From a bacterium (lineage in GTDB: Bacteria > Armatimonadota > UBA5829): a DNA stretch of 64,000 nucleotides. Each line of letters starts with the position of its first letter. Within the stretch, counting starts at the first letter, position 1. The notes under the pieces are model-generated. The model searched no databases. It saw nothing but the letters and a program-made list of their open reading frames with translations, and was not told the origin of the DNA. The position numbers were made by a program, and so were the translations under genes. This document shows, piece by piece, positions 49,591 to 58,625 of this stretch. The stretch spans positions 24,636-88,635 of the forward strand of contig JAJFTD010000100.1 in the NCBI GenBank assembly GCA_021373255.1. Direction: 5' to 3'.

Positions 49591-49833
49591 ATGGAGCAGA
49601 TTGACTTGAAAAGTCTGATCGAAATCCTGGTTAAGGCCCTGGTTGATAATTCAGATGCCGTGATAGTTAGCGAGCAGGATCAAGGGCAGTCGGTGACATA
49701 CGAAGTCACCGTGGATCCTGATGATCTCGCGAGAGTAATCGGCAAACAGGGACGCGTGGCCAATGCGCTGCGCACCGTTGCGAAAGCTGCGGCTATCAAG
49801 AGCCAGAAAAATGTATATGTAAAGATCCTGTAG
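49591..49833 (+). CDS. KH-domain RNA-binding protein (YlqC-like)
   Basis: 80 aa containing the VIGKQGRVANALRTV KH core (GxxG loop). Confidence 0.8.
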   Translation: MEQIDLKSLIEILVKALVDNSDAVIVSEQDQGQSVTYEVTVDPDDLARVIGKQGRVANALRTVAKAAAIKSQKNVYVKIL

Positions 49834-49840
49834 CAGTGCG

Positions 49841-50269
49841 ATGGGTATTATTGTAAAGCGCCCGATTCGTGTGAAAGTCGTTGTGACGGAGCAATTCAAA
49901 GCCGCCAGAACGGCCGAGATACGTGGTGCGTTGGGTAAGCTTGACGAAGCGGGGAAACGCGTGGCTGTCCAGCTTGAATCCATTGCGCGGCGAAATGAAG
50001 TCGCTGGGCAGGAGGCGGACTCGATAAGGGAACGTCTCCGGGCCGAGCAGCGTAAAACAGAAAGCACACACAGGGTCCTGTTACGAGAGCTTGATAGGAT
50101 TTCCTCGGCATCAATTGGGGATGAATACGAGCAAGGGGTTCTGGAAGGGGAAGTCGAGTTGGAAGTTGGCGATGACTTTTCCCGAGTGAGCACCTGTGAA
50201 ATTGTGGTTACTGACGGCAAGATTTCGGAGATACGGGACGGCTTATGCCCCGAGAAAACCAAGATATAG
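49841..50269 (+). CDS. YlqD-like small protein (DUF2869-type) in the position it occupies in Bacillus-type operons
   Basis: 142 aa, charged and coiled-coil-like, sitting between the KH protein and rimM exactly as ylqD does in the Firmicutes rpsP-ylqC-ylqD-rimM-trmD-rplS operon. Confidence 0.45.
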   Translation: MGIIVKRPIRVKVVVTEQFKAARTAEIRGALGKLDEAGKRVAVQLESIARRNEVAGQEADSIRERLRAEQRKTESTHRVLLRELDRISSASIGDEYEQGVLEGEVELEVGDDFSRVSTCEIVVTDGKISEIRDGLCPEKTKI

Positions 50270-50772
50270 TTATAGGCAATATTGTTGCGCCGTTTGGTGT
50301 TCGCGGTGAGGTAAAAGTAGTGGTCCTCACCGAGTTTCCTGAGCGGTTCGACAAAGGTCATGAAGTAACGCTCAGGACATCGAATGGCGAACGCCGGACA
50401 ATGAAGATTGATCAAAGCAGGCCCGGTAAGAGTGGGGTCACGATCAAATTCCAGGGTGTCGATGACCGTAATGGCTCGGAGGCGTTGAGAGGCGCTGATA
50501 TTGTCATTGATCAGTCTGATCTTGGTGAGTTGCCTGAGGGTTCGTTCTATGTATTCGATCTTATTGGTCTCAAAGTGATGACTGAAGACGGTCGTGAGAT
50601 TGGTGAGGTGACAGAAATCTTGCAGGGCGGCGCGAATGATGTGTATGCCACCAGCACCGGGGTTATGATACCGGCGCTCAAAGATGTGGTTAGCAAGATC
50701 GACATCGAAGGTGGTGTTATGGTAGTTCGGCCTGTGCCGGGACTGCTTCCGGACGACCAGGATGCGGATTGA
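50245..50772 (+). CDS. rimM: Ribosome maturation factor RimM
   Basis: [27 protein letters not shown] is the RimM N-terminus, followed by a PRC barrel. Confidence 0.85.
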   Translation: MPRENQDIVIGNIVAPFGVRGEVKVVVLTEFPERFDKGHEVTLRTSNGERRTMKIDQSRPGKSGVTIKFQGVDDRNGSEALRGADIVIDQSDLGELPEGSFYVFDLIGLKVMTEDGREIGEVTEILQGGANDVYATSTGVMIPALKDVVSKIDIEGGVMVVRPVPGLLPDDQDAD

Positions 50773-51493
50773 GATAATCACCACGCTTCCTGATATGGTG
50801 GAAGCGGTGGCAAGCGAAAGCATCCTTGGGAGGGCTCGGAAGAAGGGGCTGGTGGAAGTTGAGGCCGTAAACCTCCGCGATTTCACCGAGGACAAACACC
50901 GGACCACCGATGACGCGCCTTTTGGCGGCGGTCCTGGGATGGTGATGAAGTGTGAGCCGGTATTTATGGCTGTAGAGTCGCTTACTGGCCGTGGCGGCCC
51001 CAGGCCAAGGGTGTTGCTGATGACCCCGCAGGGCAGGAGATTCGACCAAAAAATGGCCGAGGAACTGTCTCGCGAACATCATATTATAATGATTTGCGGC
51101 CGATATGAAGGTGTGGATGAGCGTATACGGGAGCACCTGGTAACCGACGAAGTGTCGATCGGAGATTACGTGTTGACCGGCGGTGAGCTTGCGGCGTTGG
51201 TGATATTGGACGCTGTGAGCCGGTTGGTTCCCGGGGTGCTTGGTGATGAGACATCACCGCTCACCGATTCGTTTTCGAGCGGGCTGCTTGAATACCCGCA
51301 GTATACGCGCCCGGCGGAGTTTGGTGAGTATCGGGTGCCCGATGTCTTACTTTCGGGCAATCATGCGGAGATAGAAAAATGGCGTCATCAGCAGGCGCTT
51401 AAGCGGACGTTTGAACGGCGGCCGGACCTGCTTGAGACCGCGCCACTTGATTATAAAGACAAGCGTTTCCTAAAAGAATTGGAGACTTCTTGA
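50762..51493 (+). CDS. trmD: tRNA (guanine37-N1)-methyltransferase
   Basis: [15 protein letters not shown]...[17 protein letters not shown]...[12 protein letters not shown]. Confidence 0.9.
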   Translation: MRIEIITTLPDMVEAVASESILGRARKKGLVEVEAVNLRDFTEDKHRTTDDAPFGGGPGMVMKCEPVFMAVESLTGRGGPRPRVLLMTPQGRRFDQKMAEELSREHHIIMICGRYEGVDERIREHLVTDEVSIGDYVLTGGELAALVILDAVSRLVPGVLGDETSPLTDSFSSGLLEYPQYTRPAEFGEYRVPDVLLSGNHAEIEKWRHQQALKRTFERRPDLLETAPLDYKDKRFLKELETS

Positions 51494-51607
51494 GAAGAGT
51501 TTGGTATGCACACTAATCGCTGATGAGCTTTCTCGCAGCGCGTGCCGCGCCGCTGTCAAGTTCATCACGAATGGAAGAAAATAGGATATTTTCCGAGGAG
51601 GACACAA

Positions 51608-51958
51608 GTGCAGATTATCGATCAGATAGAATTTGAACAGTTAAGAACCGATACCCCTGAGTTTGGGCCCGGTGATACCGTTCGTGTACACACTCGCGTT
51701 ATCGAAGGTGGCAAGGAGCGAATCCAGGTATTCGAGGGTGTGGTGATAGGCAAGAAGGACGGCGGTGTGCGTTCTGCGTTTACCGTGCGTAAAATCTCCC
51801 ACAACATAGGTGTTGAGAGAACCTTCATGGTGCATTCTCCCAGAATCGCACGGATTGAAGTTACCCGCCGCGGTGCAGTGCGAAGAGCAAAGCTCTACTA
51901 CCTGCGTGGAAGAGTTGGAAAGGCCACCAAGATCAAGGAGCGCCAGACCGCAAGATGA
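51608..51958 (+). CDS. rplS: 50S ribosomal protein L19
   Basis: (M)[46 protein letters not shown]... GTG start after a gaggagg Shine-Dalgarno. Confidence 0.85.
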   Translation: MQIIDQIEFEQLRTDTPEFGPGDTVRVHTRVIEGGKERIQVFEGVVIGKKDGGVRSAFTVRKISHNIGVERTFMVHSPRIARIEVTRRGAVRRAKLYYLRGRVGKATKIKERQTAR

Positions 51959-52929
51959 GTATTACCGAACGGCTTGCCAACCTATCCCCATTAACTGTAA
52001 TAATCACGGTTGTGGTATTGTTGGTGCTGCGTTTCGCTCTGCTCAAGCTAAAGAACCCGATTGCGAAGTCTATTGCAGAGATCGCCGAGTCGCTCGCTGT
52101 CGCGATGGCATTGGTGTTCTTGCTGATCAGACCATTCGTGGTGCAGGCTTTTTATATTCCGTCAGCATCTATGCATCCGACGTTGCTTGAGCAGGACCAT
52201 ATACTTGTAAACAAGTTCATCTACCGGATCAGGGATCCTCGACTGGGAGATGTAGTGGTTTTCAAGGCGCCGATGAATGCGACGCCTGATGTTATGCAGC
52301 AAATTGAGGCCGACGCAGATGCGCGTGGGTTGGCGGGCAAGGAACGCAGCGATTACATTGTAAATGAGTCCAAGAAACGAGAAAAGGACTTCATTAAACG
52401 TGTGATTGCCGTTCCCGGTGATGTGGTAAGGATAACACCTGGATACGTGCTGATTGGCGACATTCAATACAGTCATGCCGATCTGAGGAGCCAGCTTTCC
52501 GATATGGCACGTGAAGATGGTGACCATAAAGTTAAGCTCGAAGGCAGCAACGTGTATGTGGATGGACGAAAGATATCCAACTCAGAAGTGGCTGCTGCGT
52601 TCAATGATCCCAACGCCAAGGTGAAAGTCGTACCGGCTAAGGTGTATATTAACGGGAAAGCGTTGAATGAACCGTATATCGCTGAGGACCCGGATGACGC
52701 TTACCCTGGTGGGCGTAGCCTGGTTGATCCTAAATGGATAGTGACTGAGAAAGTGGGCAAACAGAGAGTCCAGGAAGTTAAAATCCCCAAGGGCAAGCTG
52801 CTCGTGATGGGTGATAACAGAAACGACTCTAATGATGCCCGGTTCTGGGGCCTGTTGAGCAGAGACCGTGTACTTGGCAAGGCGATGTTCATATTCTGGC
52901 CTTTGGACAGAATAACATGGATTCATTAA
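51955..52929 (+). CDS. lepB: Signal peptidase I (long form)
   Basis: The catalytic Ser is in [19 protein letters not shown], the Lys box is KRVIAVPGD, and the [14 protein letters not shown] box is present. Confidence 0.85.
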   Translation: MSITERLANLSPLTVIITVVVLLVLRFALLKLKNPIAKSIAEIAESLAVAMALVFLLIRPFVVQAFYIPSASMHPTLLEQDHILVNKFIYRIRDPRLGDVVVFKAPMNATPDVMQQIEADADARGLAGKERSDYIVNESKKREKDFIKRVIAVPGDVVRITPGYVLIGDIQYSHADLRSQLSDMAREDGDHKVKLEGSNVYVDGRKISNSEVAAAFNDPNAKVKVVPAKVYINGKALNEPYIAEDPDDAYPGGRSLVDPKWIVTEKVGKQRVQEVKIPKGKLLVMGDNRNDSNDARFWGLLSRDRVLGKAMFIFWPLDRITWIH

Positions 52930-53597
52930 ACGGCGATCTCGGGATCGTCCTGACGCAAGCGCAAGATGCTGGGCGATGGGTCTACGAGGAACAGGCTAGA
53001 TCTCAAGGATATAGCTCTATTGCCGGGCTGGATGAAGCGGGCAGGGGACCACTGGCCGGGCCTGTCGTGGCGGCGGCGGTGATTCTGCCTGTTGGGTTCG
53101 ACGAGACTGGCATACGTGATTCTAAGGCAATATCTCCTAAGACCAGGGATAAGAGCTTTGACAAAATAATGTCGGGCGCATTGGCTGTGGGAGTAGGGAT
53201 TGTAGATGCCAAGATCATAGACGAGATAAATATACTGCGTGCAACACACGCTGCAATGAAAGCGGCGCTCAATGATTTGGGCGTCGCTTTTGATTATGTA
53301 CTTGTCGATGGACTCCCCGTGCAGGGGTTGCCTGCGCCGTCTCTGGCAATTGTTAAAGGCGACGCAAAGTGCATCTCCATTGCAGCGGCTTCCATTATAG
53401 CGAAGGTTACGAGAGATCGTATGATGCTGGAGATGGACAGGGAGTTCCCAGGATATGGATTTGCCGGTCATAAGGGTTACTGCACAAAGGAGCACCTTGA
53501 AGCTATCGACCGTCTCGGTCCTTGCCCGTGCCACCGGCGCTCATTTGCGCCTGTCTATGAAAGGATACGCGAGTGCCGTCTCCCAGGGCTAGAGTAG
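52917..53597 (+). CDS. rnhB: Ribonuclease HII
   Basis: IAGLDEAGRGPLAGPVVAAAVIL is the active-site motif. Confidence 0.9.
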   Translation: MDSLNGDLGIVLTQAQDAGRWVYEEQARSQGYSSIAGLDEAGRGPLAGPVVAAAVILPVGFDETGIRDSKAISPKTRDKSFDKIMSGALAVGVGIVDAKIIDEINILRATHAAMKAALNDLGVAFDYVLVDGLPVQGLPAPSLAIVKGDAKCISIAAASIIAKVTRDRMMLEMDREFPGYGFAGHKGYCTKEHLEAIDRLGPCPCHRRSFAPVYERIRECRLPGLE

Positions 53598-53938
53598 GCC
53601 GCAGTGCCGAGATAGCCGCCGCAGCCGAATTGGGCAAGCGGGGTTACAAAATAATCACCTCGAACTACCGCTGCAGGTTTGGCGAAATTGACCTCATAGC
53701 CAACCATGGCGATTCGCTTGTGTTTGTCGAAGTAAGATGCCGTCGTTCTCTGGAATATGGAACAGCGGCAGAGTCCGTTACCCCCGCAAAACAACGAAAG
53801 ATCGCTGCTACCGCGCAGCATTACCTCTCACAGTTCAACATCAATGATACAAATTGCCGATTCGATGTTGTGGAAGTGTCGGAAAAAGATGGCAAGTTAT
53901 ATGTGTCTGATGTTATAACCGACGCGTTTGGCATATAG
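53573..53938 (+). CDS. yraN: YraN-family (UPF0102) endonuclease-like protein
   Basis: GYKIITSNYRCRFGEIDLIANHGDSLVFVEVRCRR is the restriction-endonuclease-like fold motif. Confidence 0.8.
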   Translation: MPSPRARVGRSAEIAAAAELGKRGYKIITSNYRCRFGEIDLIANHGDSLVFVEVRCRRSLEYGTAAESVTPAKQRKIAATAQHYLSQFNINDTNCRFDVVEVSEKDGKLYVSDVITDAFGI

Positions 53939-54086
53939 CAAAACCCCGCAAGATTACCAGTTTTACTTGCTCTTGAGCCTGCACCTGACAATATGTGTGA
54001 AACCAGTTTCGGCGTACGGAACAAACCTTATGGAAAGATAGCGATTCCAACGTATCAGCAACTATCGGAGGAGGTAGACGTACGCA

Positions 54087-54473
54087 ATGAGTAGATTTGC
54101 TATCAAAAGGCGCAAGGGTGGATTTACCCTGATTGAAATCATGATCGTGGTTCTGATCATCGGTATTCTCCTTGCTATCGCAATCCCTAACTTCCTGCGC
54201 GCCAGGGAGAGTTCCAGGGCAAAGAGCTGCCAGGGCAACCTGCGACAGATCGAAACCGCCAAGGAGCAGTGGGCAATGGACACAAAGGCTGCTTCGACCG
54301 GAGTACCAGATGCTGCTGCTCTTGTTCCCGAATACATCAAGGGAAAAGACGATACATTGCCTGATTGTCCATCTAAGGGAACCTATGAAATTGGCAATAT
54401 GTCAACCAGGCCGAGTTGTAGTCTCGGAACAGGTAAAACGCCGGCCGATTATGACTATCACGGTCTACAGTAG
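54087..54473 (+). CDS. Orphan prepilin-type N-terminal cleavage/methylation domain protein (type IV pilin/pseudopilin-like)
   Basis: KRRKGGFTLIEIMIVVLIIGILLAIAIPNF is a class III signal peptide (G/FTLIE) with a hydrophobic helix. Confidence 0.7.
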   Translation: MSRFAIKRRKGGFTLIEIMIVVLIIGILLAIAIPNFLRARESSRAKSCQGNLRQIETAKEQWAMDTKAASTGVPDAAALVPEYIKGKDDTLPDCPSKGTYEIGNMSTRPSCSLGTGKTPADYDYHGLQ

Positions 54474-54593
54474 TTAATTTCTTCGCGGATTCAGCCCCCG
54501 CTAATAACGGGACCGCAGAAAGATTTAGGGACTGGCAATACTGCTGGTCCCTATTTCACGTACATGTCGTTTGACCTGCGGGTCCCGGCCCCT

Positions 54594-54622
54594 CGGACTT
54601 CCGGACCACCGGACATTCGGAC
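54594..54622 (+). promoter_or_regulatory. Four CGGAC direct repeats at exact 8-bp phasing, immediately upstream of the -35 of the two-component operon
   Basis: cggacttc cggaccac cggacatt cggacatg, adjacent to a 10-bp inverted repeat gggaccgcag...ctgcgggtcc. Confidence 0.35.
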
Positions 54623-54638
54623 ATGTACTCATGTGCTA

Positions 54639-54667
54639 TTGACACAAGGTGAATCCGAACGTAACAT
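54639..54667 (+). promoter_or_regulatory. Putative sigma-70 promoter (TTGACA-17-TAACAT) of the response-regulator/kinase operon
   Basis: ttgaca caaggtgaatccgaacg taacat. Confidence 0.4.
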
Positions 54668-54721
54668 GACTTGTCTGTGCCGTGCTGCAAGACTTGTCGG
54701 AACAGGAGTAATACCAAAGCA

Positions 54722-55420
54722 GTGAGTGACAGAATATTGCTTATTGAAGATGAAACGCCGATTGCTGATTCGGTGGCTTACTCACTGAAGAGCGAGGGCT
54801 TCAGTGTAGAGGTCTCACCCGATGGTCTGTCGGGGCTCACTCAGTTCCGTACATTTGCCCCTGATCTGATCATCCTTGACCTTATGCTTCCGAAACTGAG
54901 CGGATTGGATTTCTGCCGAATAGTTCGCAAAGAATCCAACGTTCCTATCATTATGCTAACCGCCAAGACAGAGGAAGTAGACCGAATAGTCGGTCTTGAG
55001 CTGGGCGCTGATGATTATGTTCCGAAGCCATTCAGTATTCGCGAGTTACTTGCCCGAGTAAGGGCTGTTTTGCGACGCACAGAGGGTGCTAAAAGTGATG
55101 ACTTGCGTGCAAGCCTGCAAGTTGGAGGGATTCTTCTCGATCTTAGTCGCCGACGTGTAACCGTGGGTGAGAAAATCGTGCATTTACCACTGAAGCAGTT
55201 TGAACTGCTCAGGGTGCTTATGATGAACAAGGGCCGGGTTATGACCCGTGAAGAGCTTTTCAAACGAGTATGGGACGCAGATGCCACATACGATACGGGC
55301 ACTTTGGATGTTCACATCCGCTGGTTGCGGGAAAAAGTTGAATCTGATCCAAGCAATCCGCAATATATACGGACGGTTCGTGGAGTCGGTTATAGGATAG
55401 CTAGTGACGGTGAAGTTTGA
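54722..55420 (+). CDS. OmpR-family response regulator (receiver + winged helix)
   Basis: The receiver reads ILLIEDETPIADSV...LIILDLMLPKLSG. Winged-helix motifs are TREELFKRVW and GYRI. GTG start at 54722 chosen; the ORF is open from 54671. Confidence 0.85.
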   Translation: MSDRILLIEDETPIADSVAYSLKSEGFSVEVSPDGLSGLTQFRTFAPDLIILDLMLPKLSGLDFCRIVRKESNVPIIMLTAKTEEVDRIVGLELGADDYVPKPFSIRELLARVRAVLRRTEGAKSDDLRASLQVGGILLDLSRRRVTVGEKIVHLPLKQFELLRVLMMNKGRVMTREELFKRVWDADATYDTGTLDVHIRWLREKVESDPSNPQYIRTVRGVGYRIASDGEV

Positions 55421-56606
55421 ACTGATATGCAGAGCAGTGTATGCTGTCGGTGTAATAGCGGTGCTGGTAGCCGGGATTGTGTGGCTTGCGCGAAGACACA
55501 GGCTGATTATAGAGCGCGTAAAAGTACTCAATCTGGATAAGCGCCGTAGCAATATGGTGCTTGAAAGAATGGCTGATGGGATAATAGCCATCAATCGGGC
55601 AGGAGAAGTTACTCTATCTAATCCTGCGGCCGATCAGATTTGTGGAACAAGGCACCCATTTGTAATTGGGAGCCAAATCGAAGATACTGATGCTCATCCG
55701 GAAATTATGCGATTAGCGTATGAATGCATTGCATCCGGTGAAATTATGAAGTCTGAGATCAAATTGCCGGGGTGGCCTCAGAGGGTTGTGAGCATTCAAT
55801 CTGTTCCTTTCTCTGAGGACGACTCCGGCACTCAGGCTGCGATGGTCATTCTGCATGATCTTACCGATGTCAGGCGGCATGAGAAGAACCACAAAGAATT
55901 TGTGGGTAACGTGAGTCATGAGCTCAAGACTCCGATTACTGCGATCAGGACCACTGCCGAAGTTTTGCTTGGTGGTGCGAAGAATGATCCGGACTTTGTG
56001 GACCAGTTCCTGAATACTATCATTTCTGAGACTGATCGTCTTTCTGCACTAATTGAGGACCTTCTTGAGATTGCACGCCGGGATTCTGGAATTGCGACGC
56101 TGACCAAGTCATGTTGCAATGTAGCTGAACTGGTTGCTCAGGGAGTGGCGGTTGTTCTCCCGCAGGCTTCTGCCAGGGGTATTGTAGTTGATGTTGATGT
56201 GCCCGATGAGCTGGTGCTTCAATGCGACGGTTCGCAGATAGTTCAGCTTATACGTAACCTGGTTGATAATGCGGTCAAATATACGCCGGAGGGTGGATCA
56301 GTTTCAATTACCGCCCGTAGGCTGGATGAATGCGGTTTGGCGCTCAGTGTGCAGGATACGGGAATCGGGATACCCTACGGAGAAATCGATAGAATCTTTG
56401 AGCGATTCCACCGGGTTGATAAGGCTCGCTCGAGGCGTCTTGGTGGCACAGGACTGGGGCTTTCAATCGTGAAGACCATAGTTGTATCTCACGGTGGAAA
56501 GATTGATGTGGAATCGCAACTTGGCAAGGGCAGCATATTTTCTGTGACCATTCCTGGCGTATTGCCTGCCGAGGCAAATAACTGTACAATATCTTCGGAT
56601 ATATAA
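55404..56606 (+). CDS. Sensor histidine kinase (TM-PAS-HisKA-HATPase_c)
   Basis: The H-box is HELKTPITAIRT, the N-box is DNAVKYT, the G-boxes are DTGIGIP and GGTGLGLSIV. It overlaps the regulator stop. Confidence 0.85.
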   Translation: MTVKFELICRAVYAVGVIAVLVAGIVWLARRHRLIIERVKVLNLDKRRSNMVLERMADGIIAINRAGEVTLSNPAADQICGTRHPFVIGSQIEDTDAHPEIMRLAYECIASGEIMKSEIKLPGWPQRVVSIQSVPFSEDDSGTQAAMVILHDLTDVRRHEKNHKEFVGNVSHELKTPITAIRTTAEVLLGGAKNDPDFVDQFLNTIISETDRLSALIEDLLEIARRDSGIATLTKSCCNVAELVAQGVAVVLPQASARGIVVDVDVPDELVLQCDGSQIVQLIRNLVDNAVKYTPEGGSVSITARRLDECGLALSVQDTGIGIPYGEIDRIFERFHRVDKARSRRLGGTGLGLSIVKTIVVSHGGKIDVESQLGKGSIFSVTIPGVLPAEANNCTISSDI

Positions 56607-56694
56607 AGATATTCACCACAGCCGAATGCCGCAAGCAGTAGTGCGGTATTCAATCTTATTACGATAATACAGGTACAACGGAACCGAGGTCTGG

Positions 56695-57531
56695 ATGGAA
56701 GACACGCAGTCAATAGGCGAGATACTGAAGCTAGAGAGGGAGAAAAGAGAGCTATCCCTTTCAGATGTGACCGATGCCACCAAAATAACGGCTAACAACA
56801 TTTCTGCGTTGGAGGAGAGCCGGTTTGATTACTTTCCCAACCGGGTCTACGCACGCGCGTTCCTGCGCGACTACTCTAATTTTCTTGGGGTAGACAGCGA
56901 TCAGTTGCTGAGCAAATACGAGCGGGAATGGCTTACCCCGGTTCGCGATACTGTGGAGACAACGAAGGGTGGGGGACGCTCGGTCCTGAAGACTGTTGGA
57001 ATTGCATTGCTTTCAATTGTGATAGCCGGTGGGCTGGCAGCAGCAGGTTATTATGGTTGGGACCGGCATTCGAACGGTAAAGGCGTTGGGCGTATTCCTG
57101 CAGTCACACGGCATACGGATAACGGCAATGAAGTTGCACAATTGCCAAAGCCAGATCCTATCAAGCCTGCTCCGGCTGCCAAACCCGGCAATACCGAAGC
57201 CAAAAAAACAGAAGAGAAGCCTGTGCCGGTCTCCGATAAGCTGACACTGGAAGTTACGACTCTTGCCCCTGTATGGGCAGATATTAAAGTAGATGGCCAA
57301 CAGACCGTCTACGGCAATATTCCCATGGGTCAGAAGAAAACTTTTGAAGCAAAAAGTAAGATTTACATGAGGGTAGGGCGCGCCAGCGCAGTTCAGCTCA
57401 AGGTAGATGGTAAACCCGTAGTGATGGAACAGAGTAGCAATCCTGTAACCAAGGTGTTTGAGAAGCCTGTGCAAGAGAGCACAGTTACGCCAGACAACAC
57501 GGCACCTGCGGACACCACAGATCCTCGATAA
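56695..57531 (+). CDS. RodZ-like cytoskeletal protein (XRE-type HTH + TM + C-terminal DUF4115-like domain)
   Basis: N-terminal GEILKLEREKRELSLSDVTDATKITANNISALEE is an HTH. A single TM helix reads VGIALLSIVIAGGLAAAG. The C-terminal beta-domain is KIYMRVGRASAVQLKVDGKPV. Confidence 0.6.
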   Translation: MEDTQSIGEILKLEREKRELSLSDVTDATKITANNISALEESRFDYFPNRVYARAFLRDYSNFLGVDSDQLLSKYEREWLTPVRDTVETTKGGGRSVLKTVGIALLSIVIAGGLAAAGYYGWDRHSNGKGVGRIPAVTRHTDNGNEVAQLPKPDPIKPAPAAKPGNTEAKKTEEKPVPVSDKLTLEVTTLAPVWADIKVDGQQTVYGNIPMGQKKTFEAKSKIYMRVGRASAVQLKVDGKPVVMEQSSNPVTKVFEKPVQESTVTPDNTAPADTTDPR

Positions 57532-57562
57532 TATCGTTCAAAATACGTTATTAACAGTATAA

Positions 57563-57597
57563 GGCGGCTGGGATACATGTTATCTCAGCCGCTTTTG
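57563..57597 (+). terminator. Rho-independent terminator after the RodZ-like gene
   Basis: ggcggctgggata-catgt-tatctcagccgc-ttttg. Confidence 0.55.
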
Positions 57598-57818
57598 CGT
57601 CTCATATACTGTAGCTTAATGACAAAATACCGCATTTATTTGAAGGATATGCCTGCTTGCTTGGCGAACTACGACGCAGATGCCGAAGCATGCCTGCGAA
57701 ATGTTTGCGTACAGTGCATCGGCTGGTCACTATCTTGGGTAAAAGGGTTTTGAACCAGGAAACTAGGAAGCTCGGTTCAGGCCTGAATCTGACCAGATAA
57801 GGAAAGGGGCGAATATTC

Positions 57819-58520
57819 ATGAAGAAGATGATGTTCCTACTCACGATGGTTCTTCTCGTTGTCGGGGGTGCAAGCGCATCGTATGCTGCTGCCAGTATTT
57901 ATGGTATGAGCGGGCTGATCGAAACGCCTAACGATGTCTATCTCGCACCGATGCAATTGGGACTGACCGTGAACTATGTGGCTGATGTTGACGATGGAAA
58001 CCTGTTCACATTCGGTGGCGCATTCGGGGTCACTCCTGATCTCGAAGTCAGTGCCGTGGGTGCAGATTCCAGCCGTAACGATGCCGACATGCAGGGCTTG
58101 TTCAATGCAAAGTGGAGAGTGCTCAGAGAGACGGCTGATCGCCCGGCGATTAGCATTGGTATTGTTGATGTAGCAAACGGCCTAGACGAGGTAAATCCTA
58201 GAGATGACAGTCCCAGTGGATTCCTGATGCTCAGCAAGAACCTTACGAGCACTGGTCTCACAATCAGTGGTAACAGACCACTCATTGGCACACTTGGATT
58301 TGGAACTGGTCTTTACAAAGGTGCCTTCATTGGTCTGGAGTATCTGCCAACACCCAGAGTTGAGCTGATGTTCGAGTACCTGACCAATGGCATCAAGCAG
58401 GATACCACATTCAATGGTGGGATTCGGTATTACATGGCTCCTCAGTTCTCGGTCATGGCTGGTGCATTGGACTTCCAGTCATTCTTTGCTGGCGTAGACT
58501 ATAGATTGCCTGCGTTCTAG
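57819..58520 (+). CDS. Secreted small beta-barrel-like outer-membrane protein (possible partner of the adjacent Wza-like exporter)
   Basis: Signal peptide MKKMMFLLTMVLLVVGGASASYAA. The sequence is Gly-rich with alternating amphipathic beta-strands and ends in a C-terminal Phe (DYRLPAF). Confidence 0.4.
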   Translation: MKKMMFLLTMVLLVVGGASASYAAASIYGMSGLIETPNDVYLAPMQLGLTVNYVADVDDGNLFTFGGAFGVTPDLEVSAVGADSSRNDADMQGLFNAKWRVLRETADRPAISIGIVDVANGLDEVNPRDDSPSGFLMLSKNLTSTGLTISGNRPLIGTLGFGTGLYKGAFIGLEYLPTPRVELMFEYLTNGIKQDTTFNGGIRYYMAPQFSVMAGALDFQSFFAGVDYRLPAF

Positions 58521-58549
58521 ATATAGGCTTTTAGTAGTCTGATACTGTA

Positions 58550-58598
58550 CAAAATAAGCGGGTGGAGTCTGTAAAAAGAACTCCACCCGCCTAATTGC
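58550..58598. terminator. Bidirectional terminator between the convergent outer-membrane barrel gene and the wza-like gene
   Basis: gcgggtggagt-ctgtaaaaagaa-ctccacccgc (11-bp stem). Confidence 0.5.
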
Positions 58599-58625
58599 TT
58601 CTGGCTGCGTCAACTGGCTGCAGGG

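Noticed and set aside
49651-50907. 418-aa minus-strand ORF spanning rpsP, KH, ylqD and rimM
   Set aside because: It is antisense to four well-supported plus-strand genes, and the protein has no domain signature.
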